This document shows, piece by piece, positions 36,588 to 46,203 of a stretch of DNA of 64,000 bases (position 1 is its first letter; every line of letters starts with the position of its first letter). A program made the translations under genes and the position numbers. Where the stretch lies: NCBI GenBank assembly GCA_964523705.1, contig CAZFYA010000002.1, forward strand, positions 47,114 to 111,113, in the 5' to 3' direction. Origin of the DNA: an uncultured Gammaproteobacteria bacterium. GTDB taxonomy: Bacteria; Patescibacteriota; Microgenomatia; Levybacterales; UBA12049. The notes under the pieces were generated by a model that ran no database searches, was not told the DNA's origin, and worked only from the letters and a program-made list of their open reading frames with translations.

Positions 36588-37829
36588 ATGGGCAAAATTA
36601 CAAACTTTATTAAAAAACCGTTTTTAAGATTTAACAAGCTTTCAAAAATAAAAAAAATAATTGTTGTTGTAATTGTTGTTTTTATTACTATTGGACTTCA
36701 ACAATACTTTGCAAATAAAAGTGCAAATGGATATATCCTAGAGAAAGCTAAAATTTCCTCAATTACAGAAATTGTTTCTGAAACAGGAAATATTGAAACC
36801 ACTGGAAGAGCTGATATCTATTCTACAACAAATGGAATTATTGACGAACTATACGTTAAAAACGGCGATTTAGTAAAAAGAGATCAGGAGTTGTTTAAGG
36901 TAAAAAGCACAGCAACTATTCAGGAACAGCAGGCAGCTTATACTAACTATTTAACTGCAAAAGCAGCGCTAGATTTAGCTCTAGCAACAGATTATGACTT
37001 ACGATCGGACATGTTTACTAAATGGGATACCTACAGAGACATGGCAACAAGTGATGAATATGAAAATGATGATCAAACCCCAAGGGAAAATCAAAGATTA
37101 GCAGCAGAATTTCAATCAGCACAAGATGACTGGTTGTCAGCTGAAAAGAAATATAAGGACCAGCAAACATCAGTCGCAAAAGCGCAGGCAAATATTAACT
37201 CAACCTGGCTTTTATATCAGGCAACCCAAAATTCAACTGTCCTTGCACAGGCAGACGGAACGGTTTCTAATTTAGCAGTAGGCGTTGGAAGCAATGTATC
37301 AGCATATGTAAGTCCTGTTGTTTCAGTAACTCCTGTTTTAACAATTGCTAATTTTTCAAAATATACTGCTAAATTTTTACTTAATGAAACAGATGTTTAT
37401 AAAGTAAAACCGGGGCAAAAAGTAACTTTGGAGGCAGATGCGGTTGACAACAAGGAATATCAGGGGGTTGTCGAAAGAGTCGATGAAATCGGGACAGATT
37501 ATAATGGAGTTGCTAAATACAGTGTTTATGTTGAAATTACAAATCCCGATGAAAGATTAAAATTTGGAATGACAATTGATGCTGACATTATAACCAATAA
37601 GCTTGATAATGTTCTAACTGTACCAAACTCTGCTGTTAAACCATATAAAAACGGTAAGGCGGTAAGAATAGTTGACCCACAAACTAAAGAAGTAAAATAT
37701 ATTCCAGTTGTAATCGGCATTAAAGGAACCAAGGAAACTCAAATTATTAAAGGGATAAGTGAGAATCAAGAAATTATAACCTCGCTTAAAAACGAACAAA
37801 TAAAAAGAACAGGAATGTTTGGAATGTAG
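36588..37829 (+). CDS. HlyD-family periplasmic adaptor (MacA-like), module 2
   Basis: TM anchor, lipoyl-like GDLVKRDQELFKV, coiled coil, beta-barrel. Paralogous to 32834-34102. Confidence 0.7.
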   Translation: MGKITNFIKKPFLRFNKLSKIKKIIVVVIVVFITIGLQQYFANKSANGYILEKAKISSITEIVSETGNIETTGRADIYSTTNGIIDELYVKNGDLVKRDQELFKVKSTATIQEQQAAYTNYLTAKAALDLALATDYDLRSDMFTKWDTYRDMATSDEYENDDQTPRENQRLAAEFQSAQDDWLSAEKKYKDQQTSVAKAQANINSTWLLYQATQNSTVLAQADGTVSNLAVGVGSNVSAYVSPVVSVTPVLTIANFSKYTAKFLLNETDVYKVKPGQKVTLEADAVDNKEYQGVVERVDEIGTDYNGVAKYSVYVEITNPDERLKFGMTIDADIITNKLDNVLTVPNSAVKPYKNGKAVRIVDPQTKEVKYIPVVIGIKGTKETQIIKGISENQEIITSLKNEQIKRTGMFGM

Positions 37830-37835
37830 GTTTTA

Positions 37836-38540
37836 ATGCAAAAAAAAGCCCCACTATTAATTGAGCTAAAAGATATTGTGAAGCGCTATCCATTAGAAAG
37901 CGGGGAATATTATCAGGCTCTAAATGGAATAACCTTAAGCATTCATGAAGGTGAATACGTTGCAATTATGGGCCCCTCGGGTAGTGGAAAATCAACCTTA
38001 ATGCATATTATTGGAGCGTTAGATACACTAACTGGCGGTAAATATTTATTAAAACAAAAAGACATTACAAGTTACACAAGTGATCAGCTGGCTGAAATAA
38101 GAAACAAGGAAATCGGTTTTATTTTTCAATCATTCAATCTTTTACCAAGAACTACTGTTTTTAAAAACGTTGAGCGACCAATGCTTTATGCAAAAATTAA
38201 CGCAGATGATAGAAAAAGAAGGGTAGTAAAGGCCTTAGAAGAAGTTGGGATATTAGATAAAGCGCAAAATTTTGCAAATCATATTTCAGGAGGACAAATT
38301 CAAAGAGTAGCAATTGCAAGAGCTTTAATTATGAATCCCTCAATTATCTTAGCCGATGAGCCAACCGGAAACTTAGATACGGCAAGGTCTCATGAGATTA
38401 TGGATATTTTAACCAAGCTTAACAAGGAAGGAAAAACAATTGTTCTTATTACTCACGAGGACGATATTGCAGAACATGCTAAGCGAAAAATAAAATTACT
38501 GGACGGAAAAATAGTAACTGATCAGAAACTAGGAAAATAA
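37836..38540 (+). CDS. ABC transporter ATP-binding protein, module 2
   Basis: [44 protein letters not shown]. Confidence 0.9.
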   Translation: MQKKAPLLIELKDIVKRYPLESGEYYQALNGITLSIHEGEYVAIMGPSGSGKSTLMHIIGALDTLTGGKYLLKQKDITSYTSDQLAEIRNKEIGFIFQSFNLLPRTTVFKNVERPMLYAKINADDRKRRVVKALEEVGILDKAQNFANHISGGQIQRVAIARALIMNPSIILADEPTGNLDTARSHEIMDILTKLNKEGKTIVLITHEDDIAEHAKRKIKLLDGKIVTDQKLGK

Positions 38541-38542
38541 AT

Positions 38543-39760
38543 ATGGAATACAAAGAATCATTATTGTCATCTATTTACGCTTTAAAAATGAACAAGCTTA
38601 GGACATTTTTAACTATGCTTGGAATAATTATTGGAATATCTTCAGTTATTCTAATTGTTTCAATAGGACAAGGCGCAGTTGCTTTTGTTACTAATGAGCT
38701 ATCATCCTTTGGCACAAATGTTTTTTCCATAAACCCCGGGAGTAATTTAATGAGCGCAACAGCAGGAGCAGCAAACACCTTAACAATGGATGATGTTGAT
38801 GCAATAGAGGAAGATACATCAATTTCTTCAAACATTGAGCTAATTGGGATTAATGCAATGGGAACTGTTAATGCTAGCGCTAATGGAATTGATAAAAGCC
38901 TTATGGCTGTTGGGGCATCATCTGAAATGTACTCTATTTTTAATCCTGATATGATTTATGGCGAGTTTTATCAGGAAGAAGACGACTTATCTTCAGAAAG
39001 AGTAGTAGTTTTAGGAACGGATGTAGTTGAAACATTTTTTGGAAAAGACGCAAACCCGGTAGGAGAGAGAATAAAACTTGACAACATGCCTTTTAAAATT
39101 GTCGGTGTTGCAGAATCAACTAGTTTTCTAGCCGGGGGAATGCTTAATAAATCTGCTTATATTCCAATTTCAGTTATGTTTAATCAAATTCTAGGGGAGG
39201 AATATGTGCAGGAAATTGATATTACGGTAAAAAACACTGAAACAATGAATCAGACAATAGAGGATGTAGAGATATTATTAAGAGATAGACACAACTTAAA
39301 AGAAGATGAGGAAAATGATTTTATTATCCAAAGCTTTCAGGATATGTTAACAACTGTTGAAACAATAACTAACCTTTTAACTCTTATGGTTGCAGCAATT
39401 TCAACAATTTCTCTTGTTGTCGGCGGTGTAGGGGTAATGAATATTATGTTTGTTTCGGTAACTGAAAGAACAAAAGAAATCGGTCTTCTAAAGGCAATTG
39501 GTGCAAGAGAAAGTGATATTCTAAAGCAGTTTTTAATTGAAGCAATTGTAATGACTTCTTTTGGAGGAATCATCGGAATAATTATCGGAGCTTCGCTTTC
39601 ATTTTTAGTATCTATGGTTGCCGGGATTCCGTTTGTAGTAAGTCCTTTTGCAATACTGGCTGCAGTTGGTGTCTCAATGGGAGTTGGAATAATCTTTGGT
39701 ATTTACCCTGCCAAAAAGGCAGCAAGACTTTCTCCAATTGACGCCTTAAGGTATGAATAG
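38543..39760 (+). CDS. ABC transporter permease (FtsX/MacB-type), module 2
   Basis: Same architecture as 34786-36009. Confidence 0.85.
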   Translation: MEYKESLLSSIYALKMNKLRTFLTMLGIIIGISSVILIVSIGQGAVAFVTNELSSFGTNVFSINPGSNLMSATAGAANTLTMDDVDAIEEDTSISSNIELIGINAMGTVNASANGIDKSLMAVGASSEMYSIFNPDMIYGEFYQEEDDLSSERVVVLGTDVVETFFGKDANPVGERIKLDNMPFKIVGVAESTSFLAGGMLNKSAYIPISVMFNQILGEEYVQEIDITVKNTETMNQTIEDVEILLRDRHNLKEDEENDFIIQSFQDMLTTVETITNLLTLMVAAISTISLVVGGVGVMNIMFVSVTERTKEIGLLKAIGARESDILKQFLIEAIVMTSFGGIIGIIIGASLSFLVSMVAGIPFVVSPFAILAAVGVSMGVGIIFGIYPAKKAARLSPIDALRYE

Positions 39761-39762
39761 TG

Positions 39763-40107
39763 TTATACCTTTTTTGGATATTTCTCACCAGCTGTTTTTT
39801 TAGCTCTTTGACCAACCTCCCATTTATCAAACATATCCTTTGAAACATTTACTCTTATTTTCTCCTTTGTGTTTTTTTCAAAATATAAACTGTAAACATC
39901 TTGAGTATATTTTTCATCATCATCTTTATATTCCAAGTGTCTTTTATCAACTAATTTTCCTTCCCAAAAAGATGCAACTTGTTTTGCCCCTTTTTTAGAA
40001 GCCCTTTTTATAAATAAAAAAATAGGGAGTCCAAAAATGACTAAAACTATAATAATAAAAATCAATACTGCCATTAAATTAACATCTTCACCTCCTTTTA
40101 TAACCAA
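39763..40107 (-). CDS. Small single-TM membrane protein (114 aa)
   Basis: One N-terminal TM helix and a charged C-terminal domain. No family assigned. Confidence 0.4.
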   Translation of the reverse strand: MVIKGGEDVNLMAVLIFIIIVLVIFGLPIFLFIKRASKKGAKQVASFWEGKLVDKRHLEYKDDDEKYTQDVYSLYFEKNTKEKIRVNVSKDMFDKWEVGQRAKKTAGEKYPKKV

Positions 40108-40544
40108 CGCCTAACTTGTTTTTTATACTCTTTATATTCTTCTTTAAAAATCTTTTCCATTTGTTTTTCTTCATGAGGAATAAATTTCTTATCAAGAATA
40201 ACAAACATTAAAATAGGGGATAGAAAACTAGAAAGCGCTCCAAGAGCAATTGCTACTCCCAGGAGAATTAAAACAGAACCTAAATACATTGGATGGCGAC
40301 TAAACAAAAATGGTCCTTTAATTACCAAGCTTGATGGAATTTCATTAGGCTTAATAGTTGTTTTTTCTTTTTTAAACAAACTATCTGCCCAGATATTTAT
40401 TGCAATACCAATTGCGATAAATATAATACCAAAAAGACGATAAGAACCTAAAATACTTATAATTGGAAAAAGAAGATATAAAATAAACGCTAGTGCTAAA
40501 AATAGAAATAAAAAAGTTGGGGGAAGAATATTAATACCTTTCAC
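40098..40544 (-). CDS. Isoprenylcysteine carboxyl methyltransferase / phospholipid methyltransferase family membrane protein
   Basis: SRHPMYLG motif (RHPxY). Four TM helices. GTG start. Preceded by CACATAGTCAACTA box and TATAAT. Confidence 0.65.
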   Translation of the reverse strand: MKGINILPPTFLFLFLALAFILYLLFPIISILGSYRLFGIIFIAIGIAINIWADSLFKKEKTTIKPNEIPSSLVIKGPFLFSRHPMYLGSVLILLGVAIALGALSSFLSPILMFVILDKKFIPHEEKQMEKIFKEEYKEYKKQVRRWL

Positions 40545-40604
40545 AAAATAATTATACCATTATAAAACTAATGTGAGAAAAATTAGTTGACTATGTGTCA
40601 GCTT

Positions 40605-41042
40605 TTATTTACTCTGAAGTAAGTAATTTCTATAATTTTTTAAATCAATCTTTGTAATTATAGATAGAGGGGAAGGTAGCTTATTTAGATTGAACCAGCC
40701 GATTTCATCATATTTTTCAGGCTCCATTATCCTAGGCTCACTTCCTTTTTTTAATCTTGTTAAAAAAACTGAAGGAACCCAATGCTGTTTTTCGTTAGGA
40801 ATTAGATGATCTGCAGCTGGAAACTGATGCAGTATTCTTATTTCTATTCCATATTCTTCTTTCATTTCTCTTCTAATTGCATCTTTTAACTTTTCCCCAA
40901 ATTTTACTCCACCCCCTGGTATTTCCCAACAACCTCTTTCATTTCTACAATTTTTACTTCTTTTTGAAAGAAATATTTCACCTTTATCATTTAGAATTAA
41001 TGCACCAACTGAGACCCCAATGTAATCAACTCCCTTTTTCAT
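40605..41042 (-). CDS. NUDIX hydrolase
   Basis: Nudix box GGGVKFGEKLKDAIRREMKEEYGIEI. Leaderless (TATAAT 7 nt before ATG). Preceded by the conserved upstream element. Confidence 0.85.
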   Translation of the reverse strand: MKKGVDYIGVSVGALILNDKGEIFLSKRSKNCRNERGCWEIPGGGVKFGEKLKDAIRREMKEEYGIEIRILHQFPAADHLIPNEKQHWVPSVFLTRLKKGSEPRIMEPEKYDEIGWFNLNKLPSPLSIITKIDLKNYRNYLLQSK

Positions 41043-41058
41043 ATTTTTGATTATATCA

Positions 41059-41100
41059 TCTTGAGGCTAATACAAAGCTGGCCCTAGTTGACTATGTGGG
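41059..41100 (-). promoter_or_regulatory. Conserved upstream element copy (core cttgaggctaatacaaagctg plus box cctagttgactatgtggg) in front of the NUDIX gene
   Basis: The second box is identical over 27 nt to the copy at 19722-19748. Confidence 0.5.
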
Positions 41101-41134
41101 AACTTTTTATGGAAAGAGTAGGGGATTTTTACAA

Positions 41135-41668
41135 TTATCTCAATTTTTCTACTTCAGAAAGTATTTTTTTAAGAAAATCATTTTTTATAATATTCCTATT
41201 GTTTTCAAAAAACTCGCTTAAGTTTATTTTATGTTCTTTCTCATACTCATAAGCTTGAATTGCCATTTCCAGTTCATCTAGTTGTTTAACAAATTTTGCA
41301 ACTTTAGTTTTATTTTCTTGATACTCATCAAAAAGCTTTATGTATTCTTTTTCATTAATTAAGGATAAAATTTGAACTAGAGCAGCTCTCTCTTTTTTTA
41401 TTTTAGACGATAGGTTTTTTATTAATTTCGTTCCTCTTATTGTAACTATATCGCCAATTTTTGCTTCTGCTATATCGTGAATAAGTGCCATTTTAATTGC
41501 CTTTTCCGTGTTCACTCTAACTCTTGGTGCTAAAAACATTGCTAATGTAGCCATCCTAAATGAATGCTCTGCAATGCTTTCTGGTTGTGGAATATTATTT
41601 TCAACCCACCCTGTTCTTTTGATTTTTTTTAGTTTCCCCAAAACTACTGCAAAACCTAAATACTTCAC
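41135..41668 (-). CDS. HD-domain phosphohydrolase (YfbR-like 5'-deoxynucleotidase family)
   Basis: ESIAEHSFRMA ... IHDIAEAKIGDI (H...HD...D metal ligands). GTG start at 41668, 6 nt after TATAAT. Confidence 0.75.
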   Translation of the reverse strand: MKYLGFAVVLGKLKKIKRTGWVENNIPQPESIAEHSFRMATLAMFLAPRVRVNTEKAIKMALIHDIAEAKIGDIVTIRGTKLIKNLSSKIKKERAALVQILSLINEKEYIKLFDEYQENKTKVAKFVKQLDELEMAIQAYEYEKEHKINLSEFFENNRNIIKNDFLKKILSEVEKLR

Positions 41669-41683
41669 GATGTGATTATATCA

Positions 41684-41705
41684 TTTTGAGGCTAATACGA
41701 AGCTG
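41684..41705 (-). promoter_or_regulatory. Conserved upstream element copy (ttttgaggctaatacgaagctg) in front of the HD gene, directly abutting the tRNA-Gln 3' end
   Basis: 20/22 identity to the other copies. Its last 3 nt overlap the tRNA-Gln discriminator region. Confidence 0.45.
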
Positions 41706-41774
41706 CGGAGCTAGGGATCGAACCTAGAGTTTCCTGTTCCAAAGACAGGCGTGTTACCGTTACACCACTCCGCA
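41703..41774 (-). tRNA. tRNA-Gln (anticodon UUG) with U1-A72
   Basis: Reverse complement is TGCGGAGTGGTGTAACGGTAACACGCCTGTCTTTGGAACAGGAAACTCTAGGTTCGATCCCTAGCTCCGCAG. Anticodon loop CTTTGGA. Confidence 0.8.
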
Positions 41775-42461
41775 ATTTATACATACTCCTTCTATCCAAC
41801 CTGCAATTTTCCTGTTAATATTTGCACTTTCGCGTATCTGTATTCTTAACAATCCGTAATAATTATTACCAATGTTTTTTCTTACAGTTTTAGGTTTATG
41901 CTTCTTATAATAGATTTTATCAAATTTCGAGACTGGAAATCCAGTAATCCCAGACCAAAACTTTATAAACCTATTTTTCTTATTTTTGTAATTATCATGA
42001 ATATACATGGCAAAATATATTTTATCGCTTGAAACTTTCAAGCATAATTGTATCCATTTTAAAAAAAGCTTAATCATTAAAGGATCAGAATTCGAAAAAA
42101 CAACTGGTACTCCGCAGTCATATTCTTTTTCTTTACTCCCTTCAGCCCAATAAAGCATAATTCCCATCAACCACAACTCTCGCTGGTTAATTTTCCAATT
42201 AATCTCATTTCTTGCTTTCTCTTTAATGTCTTTTGTAATATCCAGTCTCTGTTGTCTTCTTTTCACCGCCCCTTTCATGGCAGACAATATTTTTTTCTGT
42301 GTTAAACGCTGAGTTTGTTTTTTTGCCAGCTTAACCTCTCTTAACCATAACGACAGAGAAGACTTTGCTACAGGAACATGTATTAATATTTCTCTATAGG
42401 AAAGACCTTTCTTCCTTAAAATTAAAGCTAATTCACGTTCTTTATTTTTTCGAATCATCAA
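41760..42461 (-). CDS. HTH-domain protein with LAGLIDADG-like (homing-endonuclease-like) domain; 3' end overlaps the tRNA-Gln 5' end
   Basis: 233 aa. N-terminal HTH (LSYREILIHVPVAKSSLSLWLREV). LWLMGIMLYWAEGSKEKE...VVFSNSDPLMIKLFLKWIQ resembles a LAGLIDADG motif plus the following beta-strands. By eye only. Confidence 0.4.
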   Translation of the reverse strand: MMIRKNKERELALILRKKGLSYREILIHVPVAKSSLSLWLREVKLAKKQTQRLTQKKILSAMKGAVKRRQQRLDITKDIKEKARNEINWKINQRELWLMGIMLYWAEGSKEKEYDCGVPVVFSNSDPLMIKLFLKWIQLCLKVSSDKIYFAMYIHDNYKNKKNRFIKFWSGITGFPVSKFDKIYYKKHKPKTVRKNIGNNYYGLLRIQIRESANINRKIAGWIEGVCINCGVV

Positions 42462-42632
42462 ACAAAGTTTATAATATCTAGAGTAAGCTATCGTGGTTCA
42501 AAAGTCAATCAGACACAAGTCATTTGGTCTACCATTAGACGACTCGGCAATGTAAAGCTATTATACCAAAATTGAAAGAAATAAGACGGTTGCCTTGTAT
42601 TAGATTATAGAGAGGGGGTGAGAAATATAAAA

Positions 42633-42989
42633 ATGAAAAAAATATTAACAACAATTACGATTTTAACATTAGCCGTAGTTTTAGGACAGGGCTTAATAAC
42701 CTCTGTTGAAGCATACAAAGGTGATTCTTCAAAAACAGGTCCAAGTTGCACTGAAGAAAGACACGAAGCAATGGAAAAAGCTTTAGAAACTAAAAACTAT
42801 GCCGAATGGAAAAAACTAATGGAAAACCGCCCAATTATAAATAAAATTACTGAAGCGAATTTTGCCAAGTTTGCACAAGCTCATCAGCTCATGGAACAAG
42901 GAAAAACTGATGAAGCAAATAAAATAAGGGCTGAACTTAACCTTGGGCAAGGACAAGGTAATGGTTATGGAAGAAATTCTCAAAAATAA
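42633..42989 (+). CDS. Small secreted protein (signal peptide, helical, Gly/Gln-rich tail)
   Basis: RBS agagggggtga. Signal peptide MKKILTTITILTLAVVLGQG. Lies upstream of the ECF sigma operon. Confidence 0.45.
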   Translation: MKKILTTITILTLAVVLGQGLITSVEAYKGDSSKTGPSCTEERHEAMEKALETKNYAEWKKLMENRPIINKITEANFAKFAQAHQLMEQGKTDEANKIRAELNLGQGQGNGYGRNSQK

Positions 42990-43061
42990 CCTTTTAAAAA
43001 ATAGCTTAAATCTCTACTGCTTAAGTGGTAGGGATTTAGCTAGTATAATATAATATGAACA

Positions 43062-43607
43062 ATGCAAGATTTAAAAAAGAAAACAGACGAAGAGGTTGTA
43101 ATTATTGTAAAAAAAGACAGGGAAGCATATGCTGAAATAGTTGAAAGGTATCAACAAAAACTACTTCGCTATGCTAATTATTTAATAAAAGATGACCATA
43201 AGGCAAAAGATGTAGTCCAGGAAACTTTTATTAAAGCGTATATTAATTTAAATTCCTTTAATACAAAAAAGAAGTTTTCAAGCTGGATATATAGAATTAC
43301 ACATAATTTAGCTATAAATGAAGCTAAAAAATACCAAAAAGAGGTAAAATTAATTGATAATATTGAAAACAGGGAACATGAAAAAATCTGGAGAGATATT
43401 GAAAAAAAAGAAATAATAAAAGAGGTTAAACTTTGTTTAGATGATATGCCTATAATTTATAAAGAACCAATATCTCTATATTTCTTAGAAGAGAAATCAT
43501 ATGATGAGATATCAGATATCTTAAGAATACCAAACGGAACAGTTGCAACAAGAATAAACAGAGCAAAAGTAATCTTAAAAAAACTATGCCAAAAAAAACT
43601 AAAATAA
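43062..43607 (+). CDS. RNA polymerase sigma factor, ECF (sigma-70 group 4) family
   Basis: Region 2 (AKDVVQETFIKAYINLNSF...WIYRITHNLAINEAKK) and region 4 (YDEISDILRIPNGTVATRINRAKVILKK). Confidence 0.85.
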   Translation: MQDLKKKTDEEVVIIVKKDREAYAEIVERYQQKLLRYANYLIKDDHKAKDVVQETFIKAYINLNSFNTKKKFSSWIYRITHNLAINEAKKYQKEVKLIDNIENREHEKIWRDIEKKEIIKEVKLCLDDMPIIYKEPISLYFLEEKSYDEISDILRIPNGTVATRINRAKVILKKLCQKKLK

Positions 43608-44155
43608 CTGACATTGAAAAAGAAGTAATGTCAAAAATAAAAAAGGGAGAGGTTAAAATGAAACCTAAAATATATTTTATTTTAGGCTCTATCTTTATGG
43701 CTATTGGAATAATTTTCGCAATTATTGTTTCAGTTATGTTTTTAAGTATTAATGTTTTCTCTTTAAGACTTCACGGGCCTTTTTACCATACACAAATTAA
43801 TCACATGCTTAATGTCTTTCCATGGTGGGCACTAATCGTATCACTTATTGGAATTATTGGAGGATATATTTTACTTAAAAAATATGATTTTTCGTATAAG
43901 AAAAACTTTACCTTAATTGCAATATTTTTAGCAATTTGTATTATACTTACTGCTTATCTTGTTGATTATTTTAGTTTAAATAATCTGTTTTTAAAACAGC
44001 CTCCGTTTAGAGGATTTTACCAAACACAATTTGAGGGAATCTGCAAGAATAACCCAGATTGTCGTATAAATCCAAGAATAAATAGGGATTTCCCAAGCAA
44101 AAAACCTTCTCCAAGAATGTTAAAAAGACCGACAATAAATTCCTTTAATAATTAA
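43586..44155 (+). CDS. Putative anti-sigma factor (membrane protein), translationally coupled to the ECF sigma gene
   Basis: Overlaps the sigma gene by 22 nt. 3-4 TM helices. Gene order is typical of sigma/anti-sigma pairs. Confidence 0.45.
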   Translation: MPKKTKITDIEKEVMSKIKKGEVKMKPKIYFILGSIFMAIGIIFAIIVSVMFLSINVFSLRLHGPFYHTQINHMLNVFPWWALIVSLIGIIGGYILLKKYDFSYKKNFTLIAIFLAICIILTAYLVDYFSLNNLFLKQPPFRGFYQTQFEGICKNNPDCRINPRINRDFPSKKPSPRMLKRPTINSFNN

Positions 44156-44197
44156 CTATCCATTGAATAAAAAAGGACATTTTCATATAATGGTAAA

Positions 44198-45478
44198 ATG
44201 TTGAAAAATGACCCCTGGAAAAGAGCCAAAGACCAACTGAAAAGAACAGCCTCGAGAATAAACCTAAACCAAAAACTATTAAAAAAACTTTTAAAGCCGC
44301 AAAAAATAATTAATGTTAAATTGCCACTTAAAATGGAAAATGGAAAAACAAAAATATTTAAAGGTTACAGGGTGCAACATAATAATATTTTAGGTCCATA
44401 TAAGGGGGGATTAAGATTTCATGAAAAAGTCTCAATGGAAGAAGTTAAGGCGCTGTCTTTTTGGATGACCATAAAAAATGCTGTTGTTAATGTACCTTTT
44501 GGCGGAGGAAAAGGTGGAATAGTTGTTAATCCAAAAAATTTGACAACAACAGAACTAGAAAACTTAACAAGAATATTTACCAGAAAACTTTTTAAATATA
44601 TTGGACCACAAATTGACGTACCGGCTCCAGATGTAAACACCAATCCTAAAATTATGTCTTTTATCGTAGACGAGTATAGTAAGCTATCTAAAAAATGGAC
44701 ACCGGCTGTTGTAACCGGAAAACCAATTGACAAGGGCGGGTCTTTGGGAAGAACAGAGGCAACAGGACTTGGCGGAGTATATACATTAATGTATATTTTA
44801 AAAGCATTAAATATTAAACATAAAGGCTTAACCGTTGCAATTCAGGGCTTTGGAAACGTTGGGCGATACCTTGCACACTTTCTCCAGAAAGAAGGTTTTA
44901 AAGTAGTTGCCTTATCTGATTCAAAAGGTACACTATATATTCCAAAAGGAATTCCAGACACAGAACAAGTGGAAACATGTAAAGAGGAAAAGGGCAGGGT
45001 TGCTTCCTGCTATTGCATCGGCTCTGTTTGTGATTTATCAAATCAAAAACACTTAGGAGGAAAAGATATATCAACCAATAAGCTACTAGAACTTCCGGTT
45101 GATATCTTAATTCCTGCTGCTTTAGAAAATGTTATTACTAAAGAAAATGCCAGTAAAATTAAAGCAAAATATATTTTAGAAATGGCAAATGAGCCAACTA
45201 CAATAGAAGCGGATAAAATTCTAGGAGAGAAGAAAGTTTTAATAATTCCTGATATATTAGCAAATTCAGGCGGAGTAACCACAAGTTATTTTGAATGGTA
45301 CCAAAATTTACATAATCAAAAATGGAGTAAGAGTATGGTGTTTAAAAAACTTAAGGAAAAAATGGAAAAGGCAAGTCAAAATGTATTAAGCACTCAAAAG
45401 AAATACCGTGTTTCGCTTCGTGAAGCAGCCTATATCGTAGCTCTTAAAAATATTGAGAAAAAGGGAAGGAAAAACTAA
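44198..45478 (+). CDS. gdhA: Glutamate dehydrogenase (Glu/Leu/Phe/Val dehydrogenase family)
   Basis: GPYKGGLRFHEKVSMEEVKALSFWMTIKNAVVNVPFGGGKGG (catalytic Lys region). NAD(P)-binding GFGNVG. Confidence 0.9.
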   Translation: MLKNDPWKRAKDQLKRTASRINLNQKLLKKLLKPQKIINVKLPLKMENGKTKIFKGYRVQHNNILGPYKGGLRFHEKVSMEEVKALSFWMTIKNAVVNVPFGGGKGGIVVNPKNLTTTELENLTRIFTRKLFKYIGPQIDVPAPDVNTNPKIMSFIVDEYSKLSKKWTPAVVTGKPIDKGGSLGRTEATGLGGVYTLMYILKALNIKHKGLTVAIQGFGNVGRYLAHFLQKEGFKVVALSDSKGTLYIPKGIPDTEQVETCKEEKGRVASCYCIGSVCDLSNQKHLGGKDISTNKLLELPVDILIPAALENVITKENASKIKAKYILEMANEPTTIEADKILGEKKVLIIPDILANSGGVTTSYFEWYQNLHNQKWSKSMVFKKLKEKMEKASQNVLSTQKKYRVSLREAAYIVALKNIEKKGRKN

Positions 45479-45720
45479 AAAACTAATGTTCCTTCTTTAA
45501 CCGGATTATCTACCTTTATTCCGACCTCCTGTCCTCCTTTTGCTTCATCAATTGGCTTATGATCAAACTGCATTGATGATACTTCCTGCTCAAATCCGTC
45601 TTCCCCAAATTTTATTTTTCCTCCAACCTTAAAAGGCTTGTCAAACTTAACGATTGCAACCCCTATTTTATCGTAATAATGTGTAACCTTACCAATTTGT
45701 TTTGCTGCCATAAAACTCAC
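45475..45720 (-). CDS. Small beta-barrel protein (EF-Tu-domain-2/Mop-like), hypothetical
   Basis: 81 aa. KIGVAIVKF...GGKIKFGEDGFEQEVSSMQFDHKPIDEAKGGQEVGIKVD. No catalytic motif. Confidence 0.35.
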   Translation of the reverse strand: MSFMAAKQIGKVTHYYDKIGVAIVKFDKPFKVGGKIKFGEDGFEQEVSSMQFDHKPIDEAKGGQEVGIKVDNPVKEGTLVF

Positions 45721-45731
45721 CTCCCTTCATT

Positions 45732-46178
45732 TTAATAATTTTTCCTTTTATACATCCCAATTAATTCTGCTTTTTCAAGTATTTTTCCCTTCATTTCATC
45801 TTCAACTGCTTCTTTATCAACACCTTCAGGTAAATTAAGCAAACAGTTAAGTGCATAAAGCTTAAAAAAATATCTATGTGTTCCTGATGGAGGACAAGGA
45901 GCAATGTAATCTAATCCGCCTGATGTATTTGACCCATATACACCAAGTTTTCTATTCTCATCTTCATTTATCTTAAGTATGCTTGGATTAATGTTGAAAA
46001 TAACCCAGTGGACAAAAGTGCCAACTGGTACATCAGGATCATCAACAATTAATACTAGGCTTTTTGTTTCTTTTAGAACATCACTAAATTCAAGAGGAGG
46101 ATTAATATTTAACCCGTCACAAGAATATTTTTCTGGGATTTCTCCGTTTTGTTTAAAAACCGGACTAAAAATTTTCAT
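45732..46178 (-). CDS. YbhB/YbcL-family PEBP (Raf-kinase-inhibitor-like) protein
   Basis: VDDPDVPVGTFVHWVIFNI and APCPPSGTHRYFFKLYAL (PEBP signatures). Start taken at MKIFSP (46178); the longer ORF would overlap tRNA-Gly. Confidence 0.75.
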   Translation of the reverse strand: MKIFSPVFKQNGEIPEKYSCDGLNINPPLEFSDVLKETKSLVLIVDDPDVPVGTFVHWVIFNINPSILKINEDENRKLGVYGSNTSGGLDYIAPCPPSGTHRYFFKLYALNCLLNLPEGVDKEAVEDEMKGKILEKAELIGMYKRKNY

Positions 46179-46203
46179 AATTTCTTCCTCCAGTTTTTTT
46201 TGA

